The notes below the pieces were generated by a model. It was not told the origin of the DNA. It worked only from the letters and a program-made list of their open reading frames with translations, and did no database searches. A stretch of 64,000 nt of DNA, from contig JAZJZE010000011.1 of assembly GCA_040390065.1 (NCBI GenBank), forward strand, positions 64,001 to 128,000, in the 5' to 3' direction. The DNA is from a bacterium (lineage in GTDB: Archaea; Thermoplasmatota; E2; JACPAO01; JAHFTW01). This document shows, piece by piece, positions 49,470 to 58,449 of the stretch. How positions within the stretch are numbered: the first letter of the stretch is position 1; every line of letters begins with the position of its first letter. The position numbers were made by a program, and so were the translations under genes.

Positions 49470-51500
49470 ATGGCCGCAGCCGGCCTCACTATGCCATTCG
49501 AAAGGGCCGCACTCCGACGTGGCTCCGACCCAGCGACGACTGGCAACCACCGTGCTGCGGATGCTCGCCGGCGGCCTGGAATAAGCAACCGGCTCGAGCA
49601 GGACCGGCTTCTCCGGACAGCGGACACGCCTGTCCAAGTCTTGCGTCAATCGTCGCCGCCGACGCCGCAGCCAGGCGAAGAGGAAGCGCAGGCAGAAGTA
49701 CCTCGGACCGTAGCGACGCAAGCGTACGCGACGGACACGGAGGCATCCAATGCCCTGGCCAGGGGCGAAGAAGAGAACGCAGCTCAAGCTCTTCAGAACC
49801 TCCTTGCGGACGCCGACCACCCGGCCGAACTTGAGCGCCTGGCTCGCCACTACCGATACCGGGGCATGATGCTCCGGGGCGCCATAGGCTTGTTGCGCGA
49901 ACTCGCGTTCTGGAGGCAGAACCTACCTGAAAGGCGTCGTCAAGCCTGGAAAATTCTCAACGACCGGGGCCATCAACTTGGTCGACTTCCCATTGCAAAC
50001 CCCGCCGATGAGCTGCTCGACTTGTTGCAGGATCCGGCGGCGCAGGAGCGGGTCCGGCAAGCGACCCAAGTGCGCCGAACCGGGACGGCCGTCCCTCCCG
50101 GCCCCGCCAGGCCGCCCTCCACGTCCGAGCTTGCGCGCATCGCAGCTGCGCGCCGCGACATGCGCGCCGACCTCCTTGGAAGAATGGAGTTCGTGGCCGG
50201 ACGGCGCACTTCCTTGCCGCGGCCCGTCGGCAATCAGCGGCACCACCGAACGCATGACGGCCACGGACCCCGACGCGATGCCCCGGGAGCCGGCTGGACG
50301 ACCCCATGGGTCGATCTCCCGCTCCCGTCGACGGAGGCACAGGGCGCCCGCGACAGGGCTTGGCGTGCGCTCGAGAGGACGGCGGCCGAAAATATTCGAA
50401 CGGACGTCAACGTTTCGATCCTGGAAGCTGACACCGAAGTACGCAGGGTGATGGAAGACCTGCATTGGGACTCTTCCGATTGGCGCTACCGCCTCATCGT
50501 CCAATACTCCGGCGTCCGATACCAATCCGCACACGGAAGTTACCTCTCGCCCAGTCACCTGCTCGATGTGCTCCAGCACACCGAAGCCGGCACCCTTACC
50601 GAGCGGCCGGCACCGAGGCAGCCCCTCGAGGAGGTGGCCCTCGTCAATCCATCTCGGGACGAGGCGGTCGCGGAATTGCGGCGCCTGCGGGCACGCGGCG
50701 CGTTTTCGGATGCCGCCTGGCGAGACATCTTGCTGCGTGGCCATCTGGTTCCTCGCCCCGAGGACCGCCCAGCAATCCAATTGGCGGCTCCTGTGGAGCC
50801 TGCATGGTCCGCGGTCTTCATGCGGTGGGCGCAGGGCCAGACGACGCAGTGGCTGGCCGCGGTCCAGGCAAGCGGGCCCGGTACGATTGTGCTACCGACC
50901 GTCGTTTGCAACCAACTTGCCGAAATCGCACAGAGCTTCAGGGGCAATCAGCTAAGTGGGGGAATCACTGGGGATGCGCGGGACTATGCCGGGCGTGGCC
51001 TGCTCATGCCCGGACGGATGGCACGTCTTGAACCACGCACTTCCGGTCATGGCGTCTTCTTCGTGCACCCGGAATGGCTGGTGGATCGGCCCCCAAGCTA
51101 CTCAGTCGTACTGCTCCCGCCGTCAATATCGTTTGCCAATCTACGTGAGCCGAACGGCGCGGGCGAGCCGGCGGTGCAAAAACCCGGGTGGACGATTGTG
51201 CGCGATGACGGGCCCGTACGCCGGACCAGACTCGGGCCTTCTGGACTAGAAACGGAATGGGCTGCCTGGGCCCACGAAGCAACGGTGCTGGAAGTCATGC
51301 CGACCGGCGTCCTGCTGATGGAGACCACCGATCGGGCCCCGCTGCCCGGCCAGCCGACGCCCAGCGCAGGCGTCACCATGCGAAGCCAAGCCACATTGGC
51401 GGAGTTCAATTCCTATATCGGCTTCGCGGACCCCGCCGTGATCCGACGAGCCAGGAGGCGCCGGCGGTCGCCCGGAGGAGCTCACCGACGAAGTCAGTAA
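49470..51500 (+). CDS. Hypothetical protein (676 aa), candidate eCIS-associated effector
   Basis: Long ORF, disordered Arg/Pro N-terminus, YSGVRYQSAHGSY segment, no signal peptide. Confidence 0.7.
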   Translation: MAAAGLTMPFERAALRRGSDPATTGNHRAADARRRPGISNRLEQDRLLRTADTPVQVLRQSSPPTPQPGEEEAQAEVPRTVATQAYATDTEASNALARGEEENAAQALQNLLADADHPAELERLARHYRYRGMMLRGAIGLLRELAFWRQNLPERRRQAWKILNDRGHQLGRLPIANPADELLDLLQDPAAQERVRQATQVRRTGTAVPPGPARPPSTSELARIAAARRDMRADLLGRMEFVAGRRTSLPRPVGNQRHHRTHDGHGPRRDAPGAGWTTPWVDLPLPSTEAQGARDRAWRALERTAAENIRTDVNVSILEADTEVRRVMEDLHWDSSDWRYRLIVQYSGVRYQSAHGSYLSPSHLLDVLQHTEAGTLTERPAPRQPLEEVALVNPSRDEAVAELRRLRARGAFSDAAWRDILLRGHLVPRPEDRPAIQLAAPVEPAWSAVFMRWAQGQTTQWLAAVQASGPGTIVLPTVVCNQLAEIAQSFRGNQLSGGITGDARDYAGRGLLMPGRMARLEPRTSGHGVFFVHPEWLVDRPPSYSVVLLPPSISFANLREPNGAGEPAVQKPGWTIVRDDGPVRRTRLGPSGLETEWAAWAHEATVLEVMPTGVLLMETTDRAPLPGQPTPSAGVTMRSQATLAEFNSYIGFADPAVIRRARRRRRSPGGAHRRSQ

Positions 51501-51838
51501 GCGGGTCACGACGAGCGGAGATTGCCGCGAAGGGAACGGCCGCCCAGGACCTTGGAACTCTCCCTCGCAGGCTATCGCGAACGCCAAGGCGTTTCCGAGC
51601 ATACCGGAAATCTGCCGCCGTTGAATCCACCCCCCCGACGGCTCCTACCTGGGTAACTCCGATGTGGTGGGGCGAGATTCCTTGTGAGGGGATATCGCCG
51701 CCACCTGTTTGGGTGATTTCCATGGCTTGGTCTGGCCCGGCGTTTTGTACCTTCCATTTCCCACAAATCCGGCCAAGGTCTATTCCTAAGCTCTATGATT
51801 GCCAGGTGCCGCCGGGACGGTGGCGCGGGGATTGGCAC

Positions 51839-53200
51839 GTGGACTCCAACAAGAACCTGAACATTGCACTTGCCGGCCTGTTTGCCAGCCTCGCCTTGGC
51901 GGGCCCGATTGCATCGGCCCTCCCCGGCGACAACCAAGACCTGAGCCGCACGTTCTATGAGAACGCGGCCCGCGTGACCACGCCCGGGATCGGCTGGTTC
52001 CAGAACGTGCCCCATCAGGTCTGTCTGTTCGAGATCTTCGGAGTGCAGGCGCCGCTCGGCTTCTTCTACTACGAGAGCGCCCGCGTCTACACCAACGCCG
52101 GCACGTCGACGACCATCCCGCCGACCGTCCCGCCAGTGCCCCTGGCATGCCCGGCCGCCATCAACCCGGCCTGCAGCAACCCGGGCCCGGTCGACCCGTG
52201 CGCCATCCAAGTCGGCGGCGTCGCGCTCGCCGGTGGCCAGTTCATCAGCCAGGATGCCCTGCACTGCCTCAAGGACGCGGTCAACAACTGCTTCGCCGTC
52301 GCCGGCACGCAGGAGTGGACCCTGACCCGCTGCCCGTACGCGAGCATCGTCTACACGGCACCGATGGCCCAGGGCAAGGGCACCTTCGCGGGCACCCCCC
52401 TCGACGGCGTCCTCATGACGCCGGCCATCCACTGCGCCGCGGCGGCCGCAGCGGCGACATTTGACGCGACGGCCTACATCGACACCTTCGCCGATGGCTC
52501 GTCCGGCACGAGCTTCAACATCGTCCCGGTCTCCGACGTCGTCCCGAACGGCGCTGGCGACTCCTACGTCATCTCGTGCTACAACGTCGACAAACTCATC
52601 CTGTCGGGCGCGCCGATCACCTCGCACACCGATGTCGGTGAGGACTCCGAGTCGCACGACTGGGCGCTCGTTCTCGACGCCGCGGACACGGCGGCCAAAC
52701 ACCAGGCGGCCATCACGGCCCACCTGGGCGGCGGCAACCTGCAGGGCCTGTACGACCTCAGCGGCCAGAACGGCTGCGACGACTCGACGAGCGGATTCTT
52801 CGACGTCGATTCGGCCGGCGCGACCGTCCTCACGCCGTCCGGCAACGTCCCACTAGCCAGGGGCCCGGCTGTTTGTACGGACATGTGGAACCCCAACACT
52901 GGGAGGGTGACGACGCCATGCCCAGCCATGTTCTGCGATGGAGGGATAATTCACGTGGGCGCTTTTGGCGACCCAGCGAACACGGGAAGCGTCATCGGAG
53001 TCCTAGAGTGCGGAGGCCCCGCTCCGACATCCCTTTCGGCAACCGCCACGGTTGGAGCCCCAGCCTACCGTGGTACGGCCCTTAGCCAGGGACCGTTGTT
53101 TGGTGTTTCGCCTCAATGCACTCGCCCTGCGGGTGCGGCAGGCGGAACCCTTCCGAACAGCGCGTCAACTGGCTGGATTGTTCGGTGCGCAATCGTATAA
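51839..53200 (+). CDS. Secreted Cys-rich hypothetical protein
   Basis: GTG start, signal NLNIALAGLFASLALAGPIASA; strong GC3 bias up to ~52850. Confidence 0.8.
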   Translation: MDSNKNLNIALAGLFASLALAGPIASALPGDNQDLSRTFYENAARVTTPGIGWFQNVPHQVCLFEIFGVQAPLGFFYYESARVYTNAGTSTTIPPTVPPVPLACPAAINPACSNPGPVDPCAIQVGGVALAGGQFISQDALHCLKDAVNNCFAVAGTQEWTLTRCPYASIVYTAPMAQGKGTFAGTPLDGVLMTPAIHCAAAAAAATFDATAYIDTFADGSSGTSFNIVPVSDVVPNGAGDSYVISCYNVDKLILSGAPITSHTDVGEDSESHDWALVLDAADTAAKHQAAITAHLGGGNLQGLYDLSGQNGCDDSTSGFFDVDSAGATVLTPSGNVPLARGPAVCTDMWNPNTGRVTTPCPAMFCDGGIIHVGAFGDPANTGSVIGVLECGGPAPTSLSATATVGAPAYRGTALSQGPLFGVSPQCTRPAGAAGGTLPNSASTGWIVRCAIV

Positions 53201-53208
53201 CCATCATT

Positions 53209-53532
53209 TCAGGACGCGCCGCCTTCTTCGTAAGTCCACATCCCGGGTCGGAGTTCACCCCTGGTCCATCCGACTTGTAAGTCGGTGCCACGATCCGTCC
53301 TGGCTAGGTGACGGAGTTGGAGCCGGGGGGATTCGTGTTCGAATCGGTGCGCCTCGATGGCGATTTCGACCGTCGCCAGCGCATGTTCTGCTTCTTCGGG
53401 CGTGGGTGGGCCATCTCCGTGCATGACGCGATTGCGGACGTGCTTTAGTTGCCGTAGATCGGCAAGCATGGCTTCGGATATTCTGCCGGTTCCGGAGGCC
53501 CGTGCTTGGCTTACTGTCCCCGTTGCGACCGT
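53209..53532 (-). pseudogene. HEPN-domain C-terminal remnant (or very short HEPN protein)
   Basis: ISEAMLADLRQLKHVRNRVMHGDGPPTPEEAEHAL contains the Rx4H motif; in-frame TAG at 53533-53535 leaves no N-terminal half. Confidence 0.55.
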
Positions 53533-53573
53533 CTAGCCGGATGGTCCGGCCAGTTGACCGCGGCTGCACCGTA

Positions 53574-54473
53574 CTATATGCCGGCCCTTCGCGACAGCCA
53601 ATGAGTATGCTCACGGCTGAGCGTGCGCTCCACCTCGAGAACATAGGCTCCCAGCTCCTGCGATGTGGCAGGCGCGCCGTACTCAATCTCCAGGCGACCA
53701 AGGTCGTGGGCCACTACGCTATAAGTGGTCGCAAGCCGACGGAAATCCCTGGCCTGGACCCATGCAAGGGCGGCGGTCGATGCTGTGGTGATTGCACCCA
53801 TAGCATCGAGCACAAGGCCCAGCGCCAGAGCCAGGACGGCAAATACCATTGCAATGGCTTCTGAACTGAATCCAATCCAGCCCCACCGCCTTCCATTTCG
53901 CTGATGAATGGTGGCTCGCGTGGCATACCAGTTGCGCTGCTCGTGCGCGCGATGGGCAAGGTAGTATGTGCTTCGCTCCCCGACGGATGCAGCTCGTACG
54001 GACATCATGGCGCTAGTTAGTTGCAGCTTGTCAAAGGATGGCGTCTCGGCTAAGATTCCAAAAACGTCATGGTTGGATTCCACCAGAATGGCCATTCGCC
54101 TTGCAAAGGAACGGACGGCGCCCGCGTCATGGTAGGGTTCGGCCTTCATCATGAACAGCCACGATTCGACCTTGACGGACTCAGCCAGGGCCCGGGACTG
54201 GAACCACCGTTCTTCGAATCGTTCAATAAGTCGCGCCAATCGAAACAACAGAGTGAGAATGAGCAAGACTAGCACGACGGCAGCCACTAAGCGCCGGGAA
54301 TTTCCTTCGCCCAGGAGACCAGCCAACGTGAACGCACTGGTCGCGGCAGCCGCCACTAGAGCGATGAGTTCAGCCCTGACAAAACGAAAATGCCGTGCCT
54401 GTTCTCGACGCGCCGCCGCGTCGGCAGCGTCATAGAGCGACGGGTAGTCTGGAATCTCCGCTAGTAACGCCAC
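53574..54473 (-). CDS. DUF4231/SLATT tandem-domain membrane effector (4 TM)
   Basis: YDAADAAARREQ..2TM..WFQSRALAESVKVESWLFMMKAEPY..EQRNWY..2TM..FRRLATTY..ERTLSREHTHW. Confidence 0.85.
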   Translation of the reverse strand: MALLAEIPDYPSLYDAADAAARREQARHFRFVRAELIALVAAAATSAFTLAGLLGEGNSRRLVAAVVLVLLILTLLFRLARLIERFEERWFQSRALAESVKVESWLFMMKAEPYHDAGAVRSFARRMAILVESNHDVFGILAETPSFDKLQLTSAMMSVRAASVGERSTYYLAHRAHEQRNWYATRATIHQRNGRRWGWIGFSSEAIAMVFAVLALALGLVLDAMGAITTASTAALAWVQARDFRRLATTYSVVAHDLGRLEIEYGAPATSQELGAYVLEVERTLSREHTHWLSRRAGI

Positions 54474-54565
54474 GATTACGGCAATTGGTTCGACGACTTC
54501 GTTCTATCGGATGGCATGCCGGCCGAAAAACGTGACGGGCAACGGCCACTGGTCATGGGCCTGAA

Positions 54566-55723
54566 TCAACGCCAGATTGCGCCATCTTGGATTGGAATCA
54601 GTTGGTTGGCCGTCAGGGGGGAAACGGATAGGTTCTCGCGCGACCCGATGACCCGGAGACTGAGCGAGAAACTGGGGTCATCGCCCAGATGCTGTACTAC
54701 AAGCCTTGCTCGCTCGGCCGAATGCGCGGCGACCCGTGGCCCCCCTGCGCTAAACAGTTGGGCCGCTGCTAGGACTCCCCACGTGTAGGCTCCGCCAATC
54801 ACAATCAGCTTCGCATGAGGCGATCCCGAAAGTCGCCGTTTGGTGAAAAGAAGCGTATCCTCTACTTGTTCACGCCCCGGCTTGTGTATCACCTCGGCCA
54901 TAAGTGGTGCCCCGCGCTCTCGATCAAAGATGGCCACATCGTGGTCGTTCGGGTAGGAATAGGCGAAGGGGGTCTGGCCTTCGAACCATTTGGCCAGCGG
55001 ATTGCGGTCTGGACCCCCAATGAGGACGAGGTGCGAGTCTTGCCAGTCCTGGGGAAGAGCAGATGTGCTGTCTGCCTGGACGGATTCAATTTCCGTCGTG
55101 GGGAACAGCCTCGCGATGGTTTCCCGAATCGTGACCAATGCGTCAAGGTCCCCAAACTTCCGCAGCCGAATGTAGTCTTCGAACCTCACCGAACTACCCG
55201 CTTCGGGCAGCCGCGAGCAGACGAGGTATACCTTGGGGCAGGTCTCCAGGGCCCACAGCCTGCGAAGGTAGAAGTCCCGCGGATGGGACTTTTCCAGGAA
55301 ATCATGGATTGTCCTGACCAGGGCCGCGATGGGCTCTCCGTGATGCGAACCGCGCAGGTTGGTGTACCATACCGACACGACCCCGCCAAGATTGCTCGGT
55401 ATCTCATTTTTGCCAGACGAATTGTGCTTAATGAGGACAATGCGTTTCCGGAGCGCGATGGCGATTCCGCATTCAATGAGTACATTCTGGTTGTTCTCAC
55501 TGATGTCCAAGATGCACAGGTCTGAAGAGGAGATTGCCGCTTCAATCCCGTTCAAGAGCAAATCGCCGGCCGGAAAGTCGCCATATTCGATAGAGACTTT
55601 TGCCATCGGCGCGGCGCGGGCTTGTATCGCGCTTCCGAATGCTATTCTATCAGCGGAATCATGATACTTGGAGTCGTGCTGGAAGCCCATGAAGATCTTT
55701 ACGGCTGGCGTTCCACTAGTCAT
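54566..55723 (-). CDS. Nucleoside 2-deoxyribosyltransferase/TIR-like N-terminal domain + unknown C-terminal domain
   Basis: KIFMGFQH..IEAAISSSDLCILDISENNQNVLIECGIAIALRKRIVLI..PSNLGG; C-terminal FGDLDAL..HLVLIGGPDRNP; start overlaps the upstream stop. Confidence 0.78.
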   Translation of the reverse strand: MTSGTPAVKIFMGFQHDSKYHDSADRIAFGSAIQARAAPMAKVSIEYGDFPAGDLLLNGIEAAISSSDLCILDISENNQNVLIECGIAIALRKRIVLIKHNSSGKNEIPSNLGGVVSVWYTNLRGSHHGEPIAALVRTIHDFLEKSHPRDFYLRRLWALETCPKVYLVCSRLPEAGSSVRFEDYIRLRKFGDLDALVTIRETIARLFPTTEIESVQADSTSALPQDWQDSHLVLIGGPDRNPLAKWFEGQTPFAYSYPNDHDVAIFDRERGAPLMAEVIHKPGREQVEDTLLFTKRRLSGSPHAKLIVIGGAYTWGVLAAAQLFSAGGPRVAAHSAERARLVVQHLGDDPSFSLSLRVIGSRENLSVSPLTANQLIPIQDGAIWR

Positions 55724-56378
55724 CGTCCGCTCCAAAGGCAAGTGTATTGCGGAGGCGCCCGCGCCACGCGTCAATCGGCGTCTGCTCGTTCACGGCCAGT
55801 ACGATGGTACGAGGCGGAACGTCCTTGGTCACGATTGCCCCAGCTGCGACGTAGGAGTGGGATCCGACGCTGACGGGCCCAATTACCATTGCACCCGTTG
55901 CGATGAAGACTTGGTCGCCAATTGTCGGGGCTGGCTCGTCGTAGTCGTCCCAGTTGATGTGAGGCGAGTCATGGCGGTGCAGCAATGAGCCGGAGATTCG
56001 GCTATTGCGACCCACGACGCTGCGCTCGGCGAGGAAGCCTGCAAGGACGCAGCCTGGACCAATCTCGGCGTTGGCCCCGACCCGGGCGCCTTGAACGACG
56101 AAGCTGCCAGCTCCAATGTGGGCTCCGGTTTCTATGGTGGCGTGATCCTCGATTGAGACCCCTGTCCCAAGGGTGCAACCTCTCTCGATTAGCACGTGGG
56201 TTCCGATGTAAACGTAATCTCCAATCGTGGTAACGGGCGCGATGTCGCGCGGTCGCCCCGTGGAGGAGCGCGAAGGCCTAGGGGGCTTTCCTACCACGCT
56301 GAATTCCGAAATTGTGGCGTCCTTTCCTAGGATGGTGCCTGGGTACACTCGGGCCTGCGAGTCTACTGGCCTTAGCAT
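55716..56378 (-). CDS. Hexapeptide-repeat (LbH) acyl/acetyltransferase
   Basis: TTIGDYVYIGTHVLIERGCTLG..PTIGDQVFIATGAMVIGPVSVGSHSYVAAGAIVTKDVP. Confidence 0.9.
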   Translation of the reverse strand: MLRPVDSQARVYPGTILGKDATISEFSVVGKPPRPSRSSTGRPRDIAPVTTIGDYVYIGTHVLIERGCTLGTGVSIEDHATIETGAHIGAGSFVVQGARVGANAEIGPGCVLAGFLAERSVVGRNSRISGSLLHRHDSPHINWDDYDEPAPTIGDQVFIATGAMVIGPVSVGSHSYVAAGAIVTKDVPPRTIVLAVNEQTPIDAWRGRLRNTLAFGADDD

Positions 56379-57418
56379 GCAACTCCTCCTGGGTCATGTG
56401 AGACGGTCATCCAGGCCTTGGTTAGCAACGCGTTCCATCTTGGTCCGCTGTCAATTAGGGACTCGAATTCCTTGGAAAATTCCCATGGATCTTGCTTGTT
56501 GAGGTGCCCGCGCAAGGCTGTCAGGACGCGTTCTCGGACGGCTTGATGCGGCTCAGGCATGGGGAGCCCAGCCAGGACTTCGAGTTGGCGCTTTCGCCCT
56601 TCCAGTACGCCGGCCCAGAACCGCTCGGACCTAATTTTGGCCCTCTGCCTTGGGAGCCTAATGGAGGATAGGCCATTCCACATGACCTCGCCCGGCTCTT
56701 GCGCAAGCGCCTTGGGGATTGCCTCCGCGAATGGGTCGTAGTCCAATTGAGTGACTTTACCGACCGAGACCGGCCTTTGGCCGCCATTTTGCATGTAGAT
56801 CCAAACCCAATCCTCGTTGTAGTAATTCGAGAATGCCTGCTGCGCGTCGCGGGGCCGCAGGGCCAAGCATGAGGCCGACATGAAGGGTGGCGGCGGTTGA
56901 CCGCCTGCCCTGAACAGGTGGCCGACGACCGAGTGGTCCGGCATTCCGGTGATTGCAACGCCAGCCAGGCGACTGCTGGCGAGCGACGCAAGCAGTTCAT
57001 GGAAAAGGGAGGGGCGGCTGGGAAGGATATCGTCGTCCACCATAATGAGTTGGTCGGCGCCCACGCTCGCCGCAAGCAGTAACAGGTAGTTGCGCCCTCG
57101 GCCAAGCGTCCATCCGGCTTGTCCGAGGCACGACACGAAATCCTGCGCGTCTGGAGATACGTTTGCCAAGAGCTCTTGTTGGCTCCGCGCGTCGTGATGC
57201 TTGATTCCCAGCGCTTGGCAGGTCCATTGATTTTTCGCGTGGCTGGACTGTTGTGTCGAATCGTCCACAACGATTGTGGGGACACCGGCCGCTGCGATTT
57301 TCGGGAGCGCTTGCGTGAGGCGATGCGGTCTGTCCTTTGTCATGACAAGGCACAACGCACGCTTGTTGGTGAGCTGCCGGGCCCCGCCCGTCGGCGATTG
57401 GGCCATCGCATCATTCAT
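56372..57418 (-). CDS. GT-A fold (GT2-like) glycosyltransferase
   Basis: VMTKDRP..IVVDDS..GRGRNYLLL..LIMVDDD (DxD)..YYNEDW; start may be 57406. Confidence 0.8.
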   Translation of the reverse strand: MNDAMAQSPTGGARQLTNKRALCLVMTKDRPHRLTQALPKIAAAGVPTIVVDDSTQQSSHAKNQWTCQALGIKHHDARSQQELLANVSPDAQDFVSCLGQAGWTLGRGRNYLLLLAASVGADQLIMVDDDILPSRPSLFHELLASLASSRLAGVAITGMPDHSVVGHLFRAGGQPPPPFMSASCLALRPRDAQQAFSNYYNEDWVWIYMQNGGQRPVSVGKVTQLDYDPFAEAIPKALAQEPGEVMWNGLSSIRLPRQRAKIRSERFWAGVLEGRKRQLEVLAGLPMPEPHQAVRERVLTALRGHLNKQDPWEFSKEFESLIDSGPRWNALLTKAWMTVSHDPGGVAC

Positions 57419-57634
57419 GCGTCGGCAAGGGCGCCTGGGAAAATAGCCTCATCTCTTGGCCGGGGCGGCGCGTAGACGTTCGGCGACTCGGCTACCAATG
57501 CACCCGATAACGGACTGCCTGACGCGTCCGGCGGCCGCTTAGCACTATCCCTCGTCGGGATACTCTCCTGGCGGGAATTTTCTGGTTTGCAAATGATATA
57601 GAAGGACGTCACGTCTCGCAGATCGAGGATTGCC

Positions 57635-58243
57635 ATGGGCCGGTCTACTGAATTCCGACGTGAACTCGATCGCGCGCTCGATGCACGGACTCGCTGGCTT
57701 CGCGCCGTACTGGACAATCCGGACCTCGAGCCGACCGACCGGCTACCGCGTGACAAGGTTCACAAGATTGTGTTTCACATGCAGCGGCTGGCGTCGCAGG
57801 CCCTGTCAAGTCGCCTTACTCACCGCGAATTCCGCGCGCACACAGAGCCTGTCCTCCGATGGCGCGTCACAGCAGGGAAGGGGCGAGGCCCGGATCAAAA
57901 GAAAGCGGCGTTCAAGGCCTGGTACCGACAGACCGTTCGTCGGTCGAATTGCATCTACGTCTTCCGAAGCGGAAATCGTGCCGTCTACGTCGGCAAGACG
58001 ACAATTGGTGCCAGCCGCCCAGCCAGCCATTTCTCACAGCACTGGTTCTCCGGAATCACGCACGTCGATCTTCATCCGGTCAGGGGAACGAGACCATTGC
58101 CGGCACTTGAGTGCCTGGCAATTCACAAGTTTGAACCCAGCCGGAACAAGGTGGCTGCGGAAACAAGAAAGTGGACGAGCAAATGTCCCCTGTGCGAGAT
58201 TCACGAGGAAATCGACGAGCAGTTGCGCGACATCGTGCGATAG
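57635..58243 (+). CDS. GIY-YIG nuclease family protein
   Basis: CIYVF..VYVGKT..R..HF..LECLAI..P..NK; C-terminal CPLC. Confidence 0.8.
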   Translation: MGRSTEFRRELDRALDARTRWLRAVLDNPDLEPTDRLPRDKVHKIVFHMQRLASQALSSRLTHREFRAHTEPVLRWRVTAGKGRGPDQKKAAFKAWYRQTVRRSNCIYVFRSGNRAVYVGKTTIGASRPASHFSQHWFSGITHVDLHPVRGTRPLPALECLAIHKFEPSRNKVAAETRKWTSKCPLCEIHEEIDEQLRDIVR

Positions 58244-58449
58244 GGCACGACGTCTTCCGCCGAGGGGACCAGCGCCCGTCATCCCTTGGGGCCGTCCAAA
58301 CTGCATTAGGGTCCCTGCTACACGAGAAAAGAAAAATCACGCACTACCCAACGTCGAGGCGCCTCGCCGGCAGGTGCCTCATGTCTCGACATGCTCGACC
58401 GTCGGGTTGCGGCGCAATCCTCCATCGGATATTGGGGGTTCTGGTGAGG

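Noticed and set aside
53574-57418. CBASS, Thoeris or a surface-polysaccharide locus
   Set aside because: No CD-NTase or SIR2/Macro partner recognised; no flippase, polymerase or nucleotide-sugar enzymes are present.
57415-57756. 113-aa minus-strand ORF as a fifth operon gene
   Set aside because: It overlaps the GIY-YIG start and the likely divergent promoter region and has low-complexity composition. The ATGA overlap with the GT start is noted but insufficient.
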